DNA of 61,842 nt, filler included, from Choristocarpus tenellus KU-1152 (lineage: Eukaryota > Protista > Phaeophyceae): the NCBI GenBank assembly GCA_964200185.2. It is 9 parts of 9 records of this genome, joined end to end, with 100 filler letters (N's around TTAATTAATTAA, not from the genome) between each part and the next. Parts side by side here need not be neighbours in the genome. Positions count along the whole stretch, not along the records: positions 47,981 to 51,616 come from CAXNAD020018819.1; positions 51,717 to 55,933 come from CAXNAD020015638.1; positions 56,034 to 61,842 come from CAXNAD020009701.1; 6 more parts are not named here. One strand, given 5' to 3'. How positions within the stretch are numbered: the first letter of the stretch is position 1; every line of letters begins with the position of its first letter. The position numbers were made by a program, and so were the translations under genes. The notes under the pieces were generated by a model, which saw only the letters and a list, made by a program, of their open reading frames with translations, did not search any database and was not told the origin of the DNA. This document shows positions 50,600 to 61,842 of this stretch, piece by piece.

Positions 50600-51014
50600 T
50601 GTGTATATGTGGAAAGCATTTTTGTGTTAATACCGTTATTGCCGTATGCCATATACCGTTATACCGTTATACCGTTATGTGCCGATTGAGGTTTCCTTGT
50701 CAGGATTTTCTGATTCCAGTGGAGAATCTTCCAAATAATTGAGATGGGGAATTTTGTGGAAGAAACCAATCCCACAAGTAATACACATCCCTGTAACCAG
50801 AGATGTGGATATTACCCTGTTAGATTCTCATCACTCCACGGTTTTTCTGCAAGTCCTTGCAGTCTTTCACTTGTCCAACCTTATCCTCGTCCTCTCGGTT
50901 ACGGTTCGTCATGGTCCGTCTGGTCCGTCTGGTCCGTCTGATCCGTCTTGCCCGTTGATTCTCTTCGCCACCCTTACCTGAGTGAACCACGCCGGCACAG
51001 AATCACACACTTCA
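50600..51014 (+). mobile_element. Candidate LTR (left boundary unknown) ending in CA just before a tRNA-Ser primer-binding site
   Basis: ...CACACTTCA-TAT-TGGCGACACC is the canonical LTR-end/PBS junction geometry. Short internal tandem repeats (ATACCGTT)n and (TGGTCCGTC)n are present. No second LTR or gag/pol was seen. Confidence 0.4.
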
Positions 51015-51017
51015 TAT

Positions 51018-51070
51018 TGGCGACACCGGTGAGATTCGAACTCACGCGTGCGAAGCACACAAACTTAGCA
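51018..51070 (-). pseudogene. Processed 3' fragment of tRNA-Ser(GCU), position 33 through the CCA end (extended PBS or retrocopy)
   Basis: Reverse complement T-GCT-AA-GTTTG-T-GTGC-TTC-GCAC-GC-GTGAG-TTCGAAT-CTCAC-CGGTGTC-G-CCA: anticodon GCT, paired long variable arm, perfect T arm, G73 and encoded CCA. The 5' half is absent. Confidence 0.85.
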
Positions 51071-51098
51071 TACCACTAAGATACTTTGTGGTTGCAAA

Positions 51099-51342
51099 GA
51101 GCCAAACTATCTTAGACGGTAGGGCCGCGTCCATTTGGGTGCCAAATCCAATGTTGCGAATTAGATGAAATTTTGGCTATCGTGTTTGTCAGGAAGTGTC
51201 AATATACATGTTCTGGGCACACCATTTCAGAACATACACGTTTTACCTACTCAGAAAATATATTGGAGTAGGAAAATGTCATTAAAAATCCCATGAGAAG
51301 ACAAACAGGGCAAAACTCGTACCCTCTAAGGTACTTTCACTC
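51099..51342. mobile_element. MITE family B copy
   Basis: GAGCCAAACTATCTTAGAC ... CTCTAAGGTACTTTCACTC; interior colinear with the other two copies. Confidence 0.78.
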
Positions 51343-51799
51343 AAATCACTTGTAGAACAGTATTTTTTCATATGCACATCGATTTACTCACAGGTCCTAC
51401 CTACTACTATATTGTTGTTGTGGTTCTGATCTAGCCTTGTTACTAGAAATAGTGTGGTACGTAGACACAACATAGAAGAGTTTCATAACATCGTTGAGGC
51501 GTTTGCATTATTTGGTGTTTGGACCACATGTGGTCCTTGACAGGACTTACGCTCACTCCTTCAACAAATAACAGAGTTATAAGCCCCAGCATGGGGTGGA
51601 GACCTTACAAGCCGTCNNNNNNNNNNNNNNNNNNNNNNNNNNNNNNNNNNNNNNNNNNNNTTAATTAATTAANNNNNNNNNNNNNNNNNNNNNNNNNNNN
51701 NNNNNNNNNNNNNNNNCCTCTTTTTACTAATCTGCCCTTCTTGAATCCCCCCCCCCCCCTTTCCTCTGTGTGGGTGTGGGTGTGGGTTTGTGTTGACAG

Positions 51800-52478
51800 G
51801 TTGATCAAGGGCATTCTTACGGACATCTTTGCTACTCCGAGGGGTCATCCTAAGAGCAAACCATTTGTTGATCGGGTCATGGTGGGTTGCAGTGAGCAAA
51901 ACACAAATAAACAAGTTGCTAGCGCTTTTTTCTTCTTTTTGAAATGTTGTAAGCACACAGATTCTGCTTCGGATTTTGGTGTACATCAATGTGCTGTTTT
52001 TTTATATGCCCATCTTTTGTGTGTTTGCAAGCAACAATACACAAACTGCTTTATGGGTGGACAAACACGTTTATTGAGTCTTCCAACCAGGCCTTTGCGG
52101 TCCAAAGGGACCAGTACACCACTGATTACTCGGTTTAGTGTGCAAAGAAGTGATGGAACTGAGAGGTGATAAGGAAGGGAACATAGTACCAAACAGTGGA
52201 AAAATTGCTGGGTCAGCAATTTTTGAGGAATTCTATCTAGCCAAATTTTGGGGAGATCGGCAGATCATTACGACATTGCAGGGTATACTGCCAATGTACA
52301 CACATGCCACTGACAACATAAATGCAATGCTCCCTAACCCGCATCAGTTTCTTTCGTGGCGATATTGTTCCCTCAATGCTGACAGTTTCACATGTGGTGC
52401 CATGGGTGGGAGCAGTGGTGTTGTGCAGAGACCCCTTTCCCGTTGCCAAGTGCAGGAGCATCATTGGAAAATATTTCT

Positions 52479-52559
<81 letters not shown>

Positions 52560-54040
52560 CTCTCACCACTACCAAATACTTTGTTGTCAGCATTGCCGAA
52601 GTAGTTGATAGTAACTTGATTTGCATTGATTGTTATTTTATTTTGTCTTAGATTCTCTTCGTTGTAAAAAAAAAATGAAAAAAATTGGCAACAAGAAAAT
52701 CCATCCAGTCATCGTTATCTTCTTTTGAGTACGATACACCGATTTTTTCTTAAATTTCAGGAGTCTTCTAGGTTACAGGTTTGTGTTTTTCTGAGGCTCT
52801 TCTGTGGCGAAATGGAAAAAGGAAGAGTCCTCTGCTTTGATTATCTTGGACACTTTCTTTTCGCAACATGATTTTTTCAAAGCAAATCACATGTAGCAAG
52901 CTGCAATCGTACACAACAATATATAAATACTTCACATTTCACAAGCTCTTTTTATTTGAGCTATTGTAAGTGGTATCTGCTGGTGATCTAAGTACGTTAT
53001 ATTTGCCCTGCAGCATAATATAATTTTTGTGTTGGAACTGCTTTTTTTTATGGTGCATTCTACTCTCTGTGCATTTGTCCTTGAACCTCCTGTTACTGCT
53101 CATTTTATTTTTATTATAATTGTTCTACTTCTTCCTTACTCTGTTTTTACTTGGCAGTCATTCTATGTAGCAGATGGTAAGATTTGGGTCCGTAACTATC
53201 AGATTATGGACAAGGGGGATGGAGGCGTGCATGCAAAAAGGATGGAGAAGGCTGGGGGAGATGAGACCGTCAGCCTTGTGGAAATTGGCCCCCGGTTTGT
53301 GCTCAACCCAATCCGGATCTTTGCTGGGAGGTAAGTTGGTCTTTGAAGGGCTGTGTTCTTTGAACAAGGGATGTTAGGGGGCAGGCGGGAGGGGATGTGA
53401 GGCAATATGTACTACATAGTACTCTTCTTGATGTTGATTTTTTATACAAAGGAATAATTCCCTTTGGTACTGAGTCGTGAGTGCACTGTTGGAATAGGGG
53501 AGGATGTGGAAGGTAGTGTGTCCTATAAAGAGTGACCCAAAAAGTGACTTTAAATGTTTGCATATGACAGTGCCTCCCTGTTGTTGACCAGGGCCCTCTC
53601 CTGCTGGCTCTATTCTGCCCTGCTGTTCCTGATTGCATGCATGCAATCCTTGTTACTTCCTCGTATGATGTGCCTGCTGATGGCTATGGCTGGAAATGGT
53701 AACTTAAAACACCACCCATCAATAAATAATTGATGTGTGCTTTACTTGCCAATTATTGGAAACGCCAAATTTACCACCACCAAAGAACAAATTATTTTTA
53801 ACATACATGCGGTGAAAAAAACTGTTCACCTGTTTCTTCTTCTTCTTCTTCTACAGTTTTGGTGGTCCAACTCTGTACACCAATTCGGCATACGTGTCTG
53901 CTAATGAAGCGAGATCGGCACGCAAACGCACTGCGGGGCGCAGGTACGAGGAGCGAACTGAGTCCAAGAGGATTGTCAAGGAGAAGAAGTCCGTACCTGC
54001 AGTTCCGAGGGGAGAGCTGGACGACGTCTTCCTCGGATAA
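51800..54040 (+). CDS. BRX1: Ribosome biogenesis protein BRX1 (Brix domain), last three exons; 5' part lost at the contig edge
   Basis: Exons 51800-51881 (IFATPRGHPKSKPFVDRVM), 53158-53330 (SFYVADGKIWVRNYQI...LVEIGPRFVLNPIRIFAG) and 53857-54040 (SFGGPTLYTN...LDDVFLG*), all GT-AG and in phase; motifs characteristic of Brx1. Confidence 0.95.
52479..52558. repeat. (GCTT)n microsatellite in a BRX1 intron
   Basis: About 20 perfect tetranucleotide units. Confidence 0.95.
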
Positions 54041-55704
54041 CAGTTTTGGTTTTGACTATGGCTGAATGTTGGGGTGGTAGAGTTTGGTGGTATTTGAAGC
54101 AGCGGAAGAAGAGTAGCATCGTTGTTTTTTTGGTTGACAGAGTTGTGAGTTTGCTCCAGCGTGGCCCCTTCGTTTTTTGGTGCACACAGTACAATGCGTG
54201 GGTAGAGTGAGGGGGGTAGGGCGTGGTGCTGATAGTGATCGCCTTTGTATGTTGTGTGCCCACAGAGTTAATTGTGGACAGGGACATGGTTGTGGTTGTG
54301 GTTTAGAAAAAATCTCTTCATAGAATGTGGAAGTTCCCTCAATCGTAAGTTGCAAGTAAAACTGAACCATCTTGAACACACCTGTGCTATGGAGATATGA
54401 AGGGCAAGGCACGTAGGGGACAGTGCAGCAATGCAAATTGGGTGCACACTTGTGGCTTGAGAATCAGTGTGGAATGTAAGTGCTTGTTTGTTGGAAGTGT
54501 TTGATACTCCTGCTCTGTGACACACCCCATGATATGTAGATCTCAATTATTTTTTATACAGATGCCATATGGTGAATCGCATACTCTATGTATAGCATAG
54601 TGTGTATTCTTTTTGTATTTCATTGCTACTACTATGAAACTGGCTACTTGAACTCCATACGAGTAAGGAGTCAAACGGACTGAGAGGTAGGTAGGGTTAA
54701 GGATCTCGAGAATCATTTTGTACAATTACGGGGAAAGCCTTTGGTAGATTCCTTTGGTAGATTGTGTCACTTTTGTGTGTGGAAAGGGGAATATCCATTT
54801 TACGTACATTATTTTGTGCACATAATAAAGCATTGAAATACTCCGAGTAGGTTATTACACAGGGTTAGAAAGATGGTTTGGAATGCAATGGGGTCCAAAC
54901 CTGCCCACTTCTCGATTGGTTTGGCTGTAGAAGGTAATTTTGTCTTAGGATTTAACTGGAAAAAATATTGTAGTCATTGGATGTTCTAATATTAAATACT
55001 ATTGGTAGGTCCAGGCCCCTGGTAGAATTACTTCTTACTGAGCAATGTAGTGTTACCATTCACTATTAACTAACAAAAAAAATGTTATTTCTGGTGTAGG
55101 GAGTCCCCAAATTTTAAATGAGGATTTTTTTATTCGGATGCCGTTGTAATTGTAGGAACTAATAGAATAATAGTATCTAAAAATAAATATAAATTTGTAG
55201 ATGTGGTTTTTCGAAAGGTAAAGGATAAGGTAAAAGGAACTGGACCTGACTGGCAGTTGATGTTTTTTGTGGCTAGGAACTGAAATATTTTTCTGGAGTA
55301 AAATGTAGTAGCTTTTGTTTCCATCATGTGATGAATTGCTTATCACTTCCAACAACACGGAATGATCGCCCCCGAGCTACCTGACAAATTATTATAATTT
55401 ATTTGTAGGTTGATTCTGGATCCTATAGTGGTACCAGTAGCTTCGCCCTCTGGGGTTGTCCCGTCATAATTTTTGATATAGACATCTGATTAAAAAAATA
55501 AAAGCATATTTGTGATGCCCGTCACAAAGCCCTCCAGATTACGGCCTTTGTTTTCTTTTTTTGAAGAAAAAGCGGTCATATTGGGGTTGAACCCTGGATT
55601 GTAGGTCACCAAGAGTGGCAACAGATATACTATTACTTGATTAAAGTATAGGGGTTAGACAGAAAAAAAGCCTCCCTACCCTTTCTTCCTGTGTGTACGC
55701 GCAA

Positions 55705-55933
55705 TCACTCTTTCACCTCGGCAAGGATGTCCTCGTCGAAGCCCAAAACGAAATGCCTCTCGTCGCGCCCTTGCTCTGACACCTTGATGTAGCCCTTAGT
55801 TAGGAAGTCTCTCTCCCATTTACTCACAGTTTCCGACCTGACCATCGCGTATCCTGCTGCCATTTCAAGCGCTGTTTGACAGACTTTCCCATCGTTCATG
55901 CACAGGTACAGGATTCGCAGTGTTAGAGCCTTA
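55705..55933 (-). mobile_element. Possible N-terminal HTH fragment of a transposase-like protein
   Basis: ETVSKWERDFLTKGYIKVSEQGRDERHFVLGFDEDIL resembles the 'W..F...G....S.QG' segment after the HTH in IS630/Tc1-related proteins. It is CpG-rich and cut by the contig edge. Motif resemblance only. Confidence 0.3.
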
Positions 55934-56412
55934 NNNNNNNNNNNNNNNNNNNNNNNNNNNNNNNNNNNNNNNNNNNNTTAATTAATTAANNNNNNNNNNN
56001 NNNNNNNNNNNNNNNNNNNNNNNNNNNNNNNNNGGAAGAGAGGCCCCTCTACCCTGCCCCGTACCAATATTCTCCTTATCATAATCGTCCTCGTCGTCCT
56101 TGTCTTCCTTCTGCTGCTCCTCGCCCTCCTCCTCCTCTTCACCTTCCTCCTCGTCCTCCTCCTTGTCGTCGCCGGTGTTGTCTTCCCTTTCGTCCCCATT
56201 CTCCCCCCCCTCTCCTCTCCTTGTCCCTTCAATGTAGTGTTCCATCCTCCTCTCACAAAACCCCCCCTTTCCCTCGTCTCGATGGCAGACCGTAGAACTG
56301 TCAAGACCTTGGTAGGAATCTTTTTGCCGTTCCCAACAAGTTTCTCGCAAGTCCAAGCAATACCCGCCACGGGTTCCCAGCCTACGACTTTAACTTGCTT
56401 CTGTTTCCCAGT

Positions 56413-59400
56413 TCACCCGGATCTATCACCAGTGTGGAGGTAGCCTTCTACAAACCTACTTTTGCCATACTTCTCAAGGGTCATTAGCGCGGCGTTGTCA
56501 CGTGTGTGATCACTGGTCGGCCAAAGCCAGTGAATATCCACCCCACACTCCCCGTCCTTGCCAACGTGCTCCGCTAGGATCTTGCCGACCAAGAGCGGCG
56601 CCTCCGTTGCCACAAAAAAGGCAAACCTGACTTCCTGCACTGAGACTAGGTATCCATGGTTCCCCGATGTCAAGGTAGCACGAGGCCAACCCGTCGATGG
56701 GAGCCCGGTTCTTCCTTGTCACTGTCCGATGAGGAAGAGTGTGTTTCTTTGAGCCCGCCAAGATCATTGTCACCGCTGACGAGATTATCTCCCCCACCCG
56801 AACATTCGCCCTGGTCGTTGTCTTCGACGTCACTGGTACTAGTTCCAGCACCATTGTCATTGGTGGGAAGCCAATGGACTGGGAGATCGAAATCTCGTTC
56901 CCCTGTCTTTTTGAGAAGTTGCACAGACTCGCTTTGCTCGTGTTTCGCTCTCTGAATGGCTTCATCGTCTGCGAAGGCAGAATCCATGAGCACGAGAACA
57001 TCAACGGTATGGATGCATGAATGTTATTTTGTTACCAGGCGTGAGGTTTCACGAATGCGCTCGAGGAGCATGCGGTGAGAGGGAGGGTGTATATTTCGTC
57101 GGAATCGTCTCTGTTGAGTACAAGACTGGTACCCTCAAAACATTTATGGGGAGTAATCTATGGTACTTCTTATTGTAACATGCGACGATCACTACACATG
57201 AGAATGCAATATTTTTCAAGATTTTTTTAATAAGGGCTGTAGAGGCTGCCTCGTACAAAAGTAGCACCTGATTTTTTTGGCTGCCACCGAATACCAAAGT
57301 TAGCTATCAACTCCCCTCACGAAAAAATCGACTAACCCAGTGGATACGCAGCAGGGAGGCGCTCGTGCGACGCCTGGTACCGCTGCTCCACCTTGAGGAT
57401 GATGTCTTTGGGAACGCTCTTGAGCTGGTAGGGTCGAGCATCTTGGATACGAGGCGGGTGGCCGATGAAGAGGTCGTGCGGAGGGGCGTTGGGGTCCATA
57501 GCAAGGTCTCCGCCTATCCCACTCCATTCGGTGCTGTGCATGTATGGCTTAACGCTAACCTTCAGTCGCCCATCACCGCCTTTTTCAACACGAAAAGCCC
57601 TGTAGCTCGTGATGTTGGGGACACGGTTGACACGACCGCGAAGGAGTCCCTTGAAATTGCCCTCGTTCTGCAGGGTCTTGTAGTATACTGGAGCCTCCGT
57701 GTAAGAGGCCTGCAGCTCTTCACCCAGCTGTGTTCTTGTGAATATGCTTTTGCCTTTTATTCCACGTGAGAACTGAAGGTGAAATGCAAGCAAGTTAATT
57801 TTGAGGCGGGGGCGAAAGAAGCGAAGTGGAGAAACAAGATATATATGCAGGCACATGCTCTGATGCATCTATATAGAAGTAAAGATATAAACATGGGTGA
57901 TGCGTACATTTTTTTTCATTGTTTTGTTTCAAGAGTATGCTACGAAACAGTTTTGGTAGCTGCTCTTATCGTTCAATTTTGTTGTGGGGAAATCAAAAGT
58001 CAATTGATCAATTTCAGCGTACGACCATAAACCTTCCAGGAAAGCAACAAGTGTGAGCTGCAAGCCTCGAGGTAGTATCTGTCCGAATAAAAACACTATG
58101 AGGCTATCAAACTTGCATATCTTGCCTAATTACCTGGAGAACATCTGATCTATTTTGATGTGCGTGTGCCCCACCATCATAAAATGTATCTCGATCACAC
58201 GAATGACACTTGCTGCAACCAACAACCCCGCGTATCCGAGAAAGAAATTACTCTTGTTCTCTGAGACGCAGTTGTCGACCTGGCCAGTTTGGGGAGTTGG
58301 GAGCGAGGGAGGGATAGGCGTGAGGCCGATATGTCAGCCCATTTCGCCGCGTGTCGTGGTGGAAGAGGGTAGGTTTCCAGTACTGCTAGAGCGCAATATC
58401 TACATCACCGCCATCATATATGCAGGTTGCAACACACAAACCAAAACTAAAGACCGTGCAGTTAGTTACTTGGTGACTGGTATTCAGCGAGAATGTGTTG
58501 AGTAGGTCGTGTCAAGACGAAACCTTCTTACCTGCCAATGCGCGTGCTGGATGATGCAATTCCCCGCGTCATCGAGGCTGTTGTGGTACTTGTCGATAAG
58601 CCTTGAGAGGGCAAGGTGGGTGGCCGTGCAGACAAGGTTACAACCTGCGCGAACAATGATGTTCAACAACTGTTGGCGAAAAGTACTCTGCTCACTTACG
58701 CATTGTTTATTTGGGACTAAAAAGAGGGGTAATGTAATTTATTTATGCAATGTAGAGGACATACACCAATACGGCTGATGTACATGTCTGTGATCTCCAC
58801 CACCCGCGGATTAGCTCTTATGCTACTCTCGCCCTAACCCCAAGGTGAGGCGTAGGGAGCAGGGGAGCACAGCGCATCATCAGTTAATCGACTGTTCACT
58901 AGGCCTGTGGTATCTGTAGGCACATCATGTAAGCATGTACTCGTCCTTACGGATTTACCTTATGGCAGGTCCACTTGCCACGACAGTAAATCAAGTGGTG
59001 CGTGCGCAACCAGCATCTATTCGGTCATGTGATTGTTCGCCATGACCCACAATACGTACCTCCTCCAAGATTGATAGGAGTGAAGAACACCTCCGCGAAC
59101 TGTCCTTCGACGTGTGTGCGGCCATGATCTTCTGGCACTCAAAGTAGCCCCTGATAAGGGGGACATGAAAGAAAGGAACTTGTAAAGAAAGGTCATCATG
59201 ATGAACGGAATAGGTAGTGGAATTATGTGCGTTTGTTTTGGCGATTATTTCTTGGGACTTTGCACACATTCGTAGAATAAAACATGATCGTCTATTCTAT
59301 TTCGCGTGCGGCTGCAAAGTTGTTGTCGGATGGACTATGCGTGCGTGTGGTTACCTGTCACTGCCGTGGGTAGGTGGGTAACGTGCTGGGAGGGCGTGTG

Positions 59401-61831
59401 CTGTCTGGTTCGCGGCGTCTGCGGACATGAACACGAAACCGATAGGTTTGCCGTCGGCTTTGGCCCGCATGGCGCTGCTAGTGCTGTTGGCGATGACCAG
59501 CCGATCCGCTTGGATAATCTGGTGAATGGGGGACAGCAACATCACGTGAATTAATCAAATAAATCTGATCAGAGTTAAAAAAAAAAATGCCGCTTGTTAA
59601 CATTTATCAGGTTGGTTAGTAACAAAAATGTAGTCTGGGTAACAATAGATGTTTGTATTGGGATATGGTTTTTCTTGCGGTGTTCAAGACAAACACAAGG
59701 TTATCGGGATGGTAGGAAGTACGCACTTACCGGGCCGGAAGACCGCTACGTGACCTGTCCCTCCCACAGCCCGTTGTACACTACCAGGAAGCAGTCTATC
59801 GTACGAGGTGTTTGCGCAGCTAATAACAGCAAGTTTTGCAGTGAGTGAGGCTACTGCTGCTGCCATACACACCTACGTGGGAGTCTTCATTCGCAAAAGG
59901 ACACAGATTTACTTCAAAACGGAGGGCAATGATGGCGACATGTTGTCACTGTACCCTTGTTGCAAAATTAATGCTGGACACCTACCTGTCGATGGTCTGA
60001 CAGCTCCTTATCGATGGACTTGAGGACAGTCGAGTCGTTCGTGGACTTTACACCAGGCGCACCGTGCCGCTTCTCTTTTAATGTGACATATATGTCACAT
60101 TTCATAAACTCGCCTCCTACCCTCACCCAGATGTTGGGCCTGTCCTCTCTGAGCAATTGGAAGAAGTACGCCTTGCTTACCCGCTTGGAAACGTTGTCAG
60201 GATACACCCGTATTGCCTCTTTGCAAAAATCCTCGTATAGCTCCTAATTAACAATGTTGGTTGTGTGGGCAAGTGAGGAGTTATTGAGAAGGAACTCTCG
60301 AAGAACACCCTTGCAACATCTCTCAAAGGCGGGCTGACCAATAACTTAACTGAGAACGCGGAAGACAGGATCAAGCAAGCTTACATCATGCGTTACGAAA
60401 GAGCGAATACAATGATCTGATTAAATCTGCCATGAGCGTCATTCTGTTCGGGCCTCGCTGCCGTTTGCAGAGGCAACAAAGGAGGCGAATCTACCACCAC
60501 CACCATCATCATCATCGCGAAGCGCTTTAGACATACGAAGTACACACTTTTCTTACCAATGTCAGACCGGGCCCGGGGCCGCAGAGTATGTGTGCTCGGC
60601 GTTGAAATAACAGTTATTGTATCTTCCTTCGTAAAATCGACAAAGAGTATCATCAGGAATATTGAAATATCGACATAGCAAACGAAAAAGATAGCACTTC
60701 GTACGAATTTTGACATGTTCTTTTAACCATAATATCAGACCGGTCAAGGTAATGAACATCCACCACGCGAAATACTACTTAGATCCACTTTTTCTACGTA
60801 CTGCCAGGTCACACGGTTTGCATCTAACTCCAACACAGAGTGCAGCCAACCTCTCCACAACCAAGGGCAAAACCGACCTGTTTGTTCGCGGCGTAGATCA
60901 CAATTGCTGAGTTGTGAGGCATGAACTGCCAGTATATATCAGCTCAATAGTCTATCCAGGACATCACCAGGTCTCGCTTTGGAGCCATGTCCTTATCTTT
61001 GTTCGTGCCGTTCCTGTTGTAGTAGCGCACGTATGCATATGAATGGATGGGATATGTGTTGGAGGTGGATACGAGGGACGGGGGATGGAATCGTAGAGGT
61101 ATCGTATGCCAGCTGCGGATCACATATTCTGTAGATATTTACGCATGGTACATGATGCAGCAGCGCGGGGACGGTCGGATGAGATGATAATGTTGAAATA
61201 TGAAAAACATATCGCACGTGCATATACATGCATAGGTCAGTCATTACTCGACTCTGAGGGGATCTCTAGCTTTGTATATCAGACATCTAGGCACGGTAAC
61301 TGCAAAGTGAACCGGGTAAGTACGGCCGGATGACATTGTTCTCACATAGGACTACTATTGTGTGTTCAAGCAGGGGGGAAAATATGCCGGGTACAAGTGA
61401 CACTGTGTACACATACTTCAAACCCACCTCTCCACGCCGGTTGATGCTCTTGCGTTAGGTGTACCTTTGCAGGCGTCGATGACATGATTGGATATCCCGA
61501 ACGATGCCTTGAAAAATTTCATACAGACGGGAATGCCGGCCGCGAGCATAGATCCACATGCAGGTCCCAACTTAATCATAGGTATACGGTCACCAACGAA
61601 GTGCTTGCGATCGCGGCGGTTCTCACGCGCCCGGATGATGTCCTGCTCTTTGGCCAAGTTGCGTGCAAGGAAGGACTCGCCATCTGTCGCGAACTTCTCC
61701 ACACAGGCTAAGCGCTTGCAGCAGTCATTCTGTTCGTTGACCGGGATGGGTTCAGTCCATCGTTGGTGAAGCTTGGCGCCGGTCGCTGAAGCGTCATTGG
61801 CATGAAGCTCCAGCGCATCATTGTTCGCCAC
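56413..61831 (-). mobile_element. Intron-rich, decayed Sola-like DDD transposase gene
   Basis: Exons 61831-61428 (PVCMKFFKASFGIS), ~61010-60930 (KRDLVMSWIDY*, premature stop), 60243-59986 (GEFMKCDIY), 59518-59355 (FMSADAANQTAHALP, Asp1), 59150-59060 (2-nt slip in a CA run), 58644-58532 (GCNLVC...HAHWQ), 58279-58134 (VDNCVSENKSN, Asp2; MVGHTHIKIDQMFS, Asp3), ~57772-57335 and ~57000-56413. Junction phases match from 60243 to 58134 once the 2-nt slip is corrected; the junction after 58134 is off by 1 nt. Confidence 0.8.
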
Positions 61832-61842
61832 CTGGTGAGGGG

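Noticed and set aside
50960-51620. Split, permuted or intron-containing tRNA-Ser gene
   Set aside because: No matching 5' half (GACACCG...) lies on either side, the break is at 32/33 rather than the 37/38 intron site, and the encoded CCA indicates a copy of mature RNA.
52138-52651. ORFs with LACLLACL / ASKQASKQ repeats
   Set aside because: These are translations of the intronic (GCTT)n microsatellite.
6763-56033. Recurring TTAATTAATTAA palindrome, and a 'gene cluster' spanning the whole window
   Set aside because: It is always centred in identical N-runs, so it is an artificial contig linker. TRP, REV3/HLTF, BRX1 and the Sola-like element are on different contigs and need not be neighbours.

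Overview
Eukaryotic, intron-rich, repeat-rich DNA, most consistent with a brown alga or close stramenopile relative (inferred from gene architecture and ankyrin-exon style, not proven). The window is nine contigs joined by artificial 100-nt spacers (N44-TTAATTAATTAA-N44), so adjacency across spacers is not biological. Host genes rebuilt by hand from splice sites: an ankyrin-repeat TRP-type cation channel (+, 5'-truncated), the N-terminal part of the Pol zeta catalytic subunit REV3 (-) head-to-head with a HIRAN-SNF2 Rad5/HLTF gene (+), the 3' half of BRX1 (+), and a tRNA-Ala(CGC). Mobile DNA: two decayed DD39D-like mariner elements with TIRs and TA flanks, a multi-exon decayed Sola-like transposase, three related MITE families, tRNA-derived SINE-like copies, a LINE remnant and minisatellites. 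Most interesting signals: (1) a CCA-bearing reverse copy of tRNA-Ser(GCU) at an LTR-like end that stops exactly at position 33, next to the m3C32 site; (2) an exact ubiquitin C-terminal motif (VLRLRGG) in the REV3 linker; (3) REV3 and Rad5/HLTF divergently paired around a CpG-retaining spacer, against a CpG-depleted intron sample. I cannot establish a wholly new biological system from the sequence alone; these are candidates.
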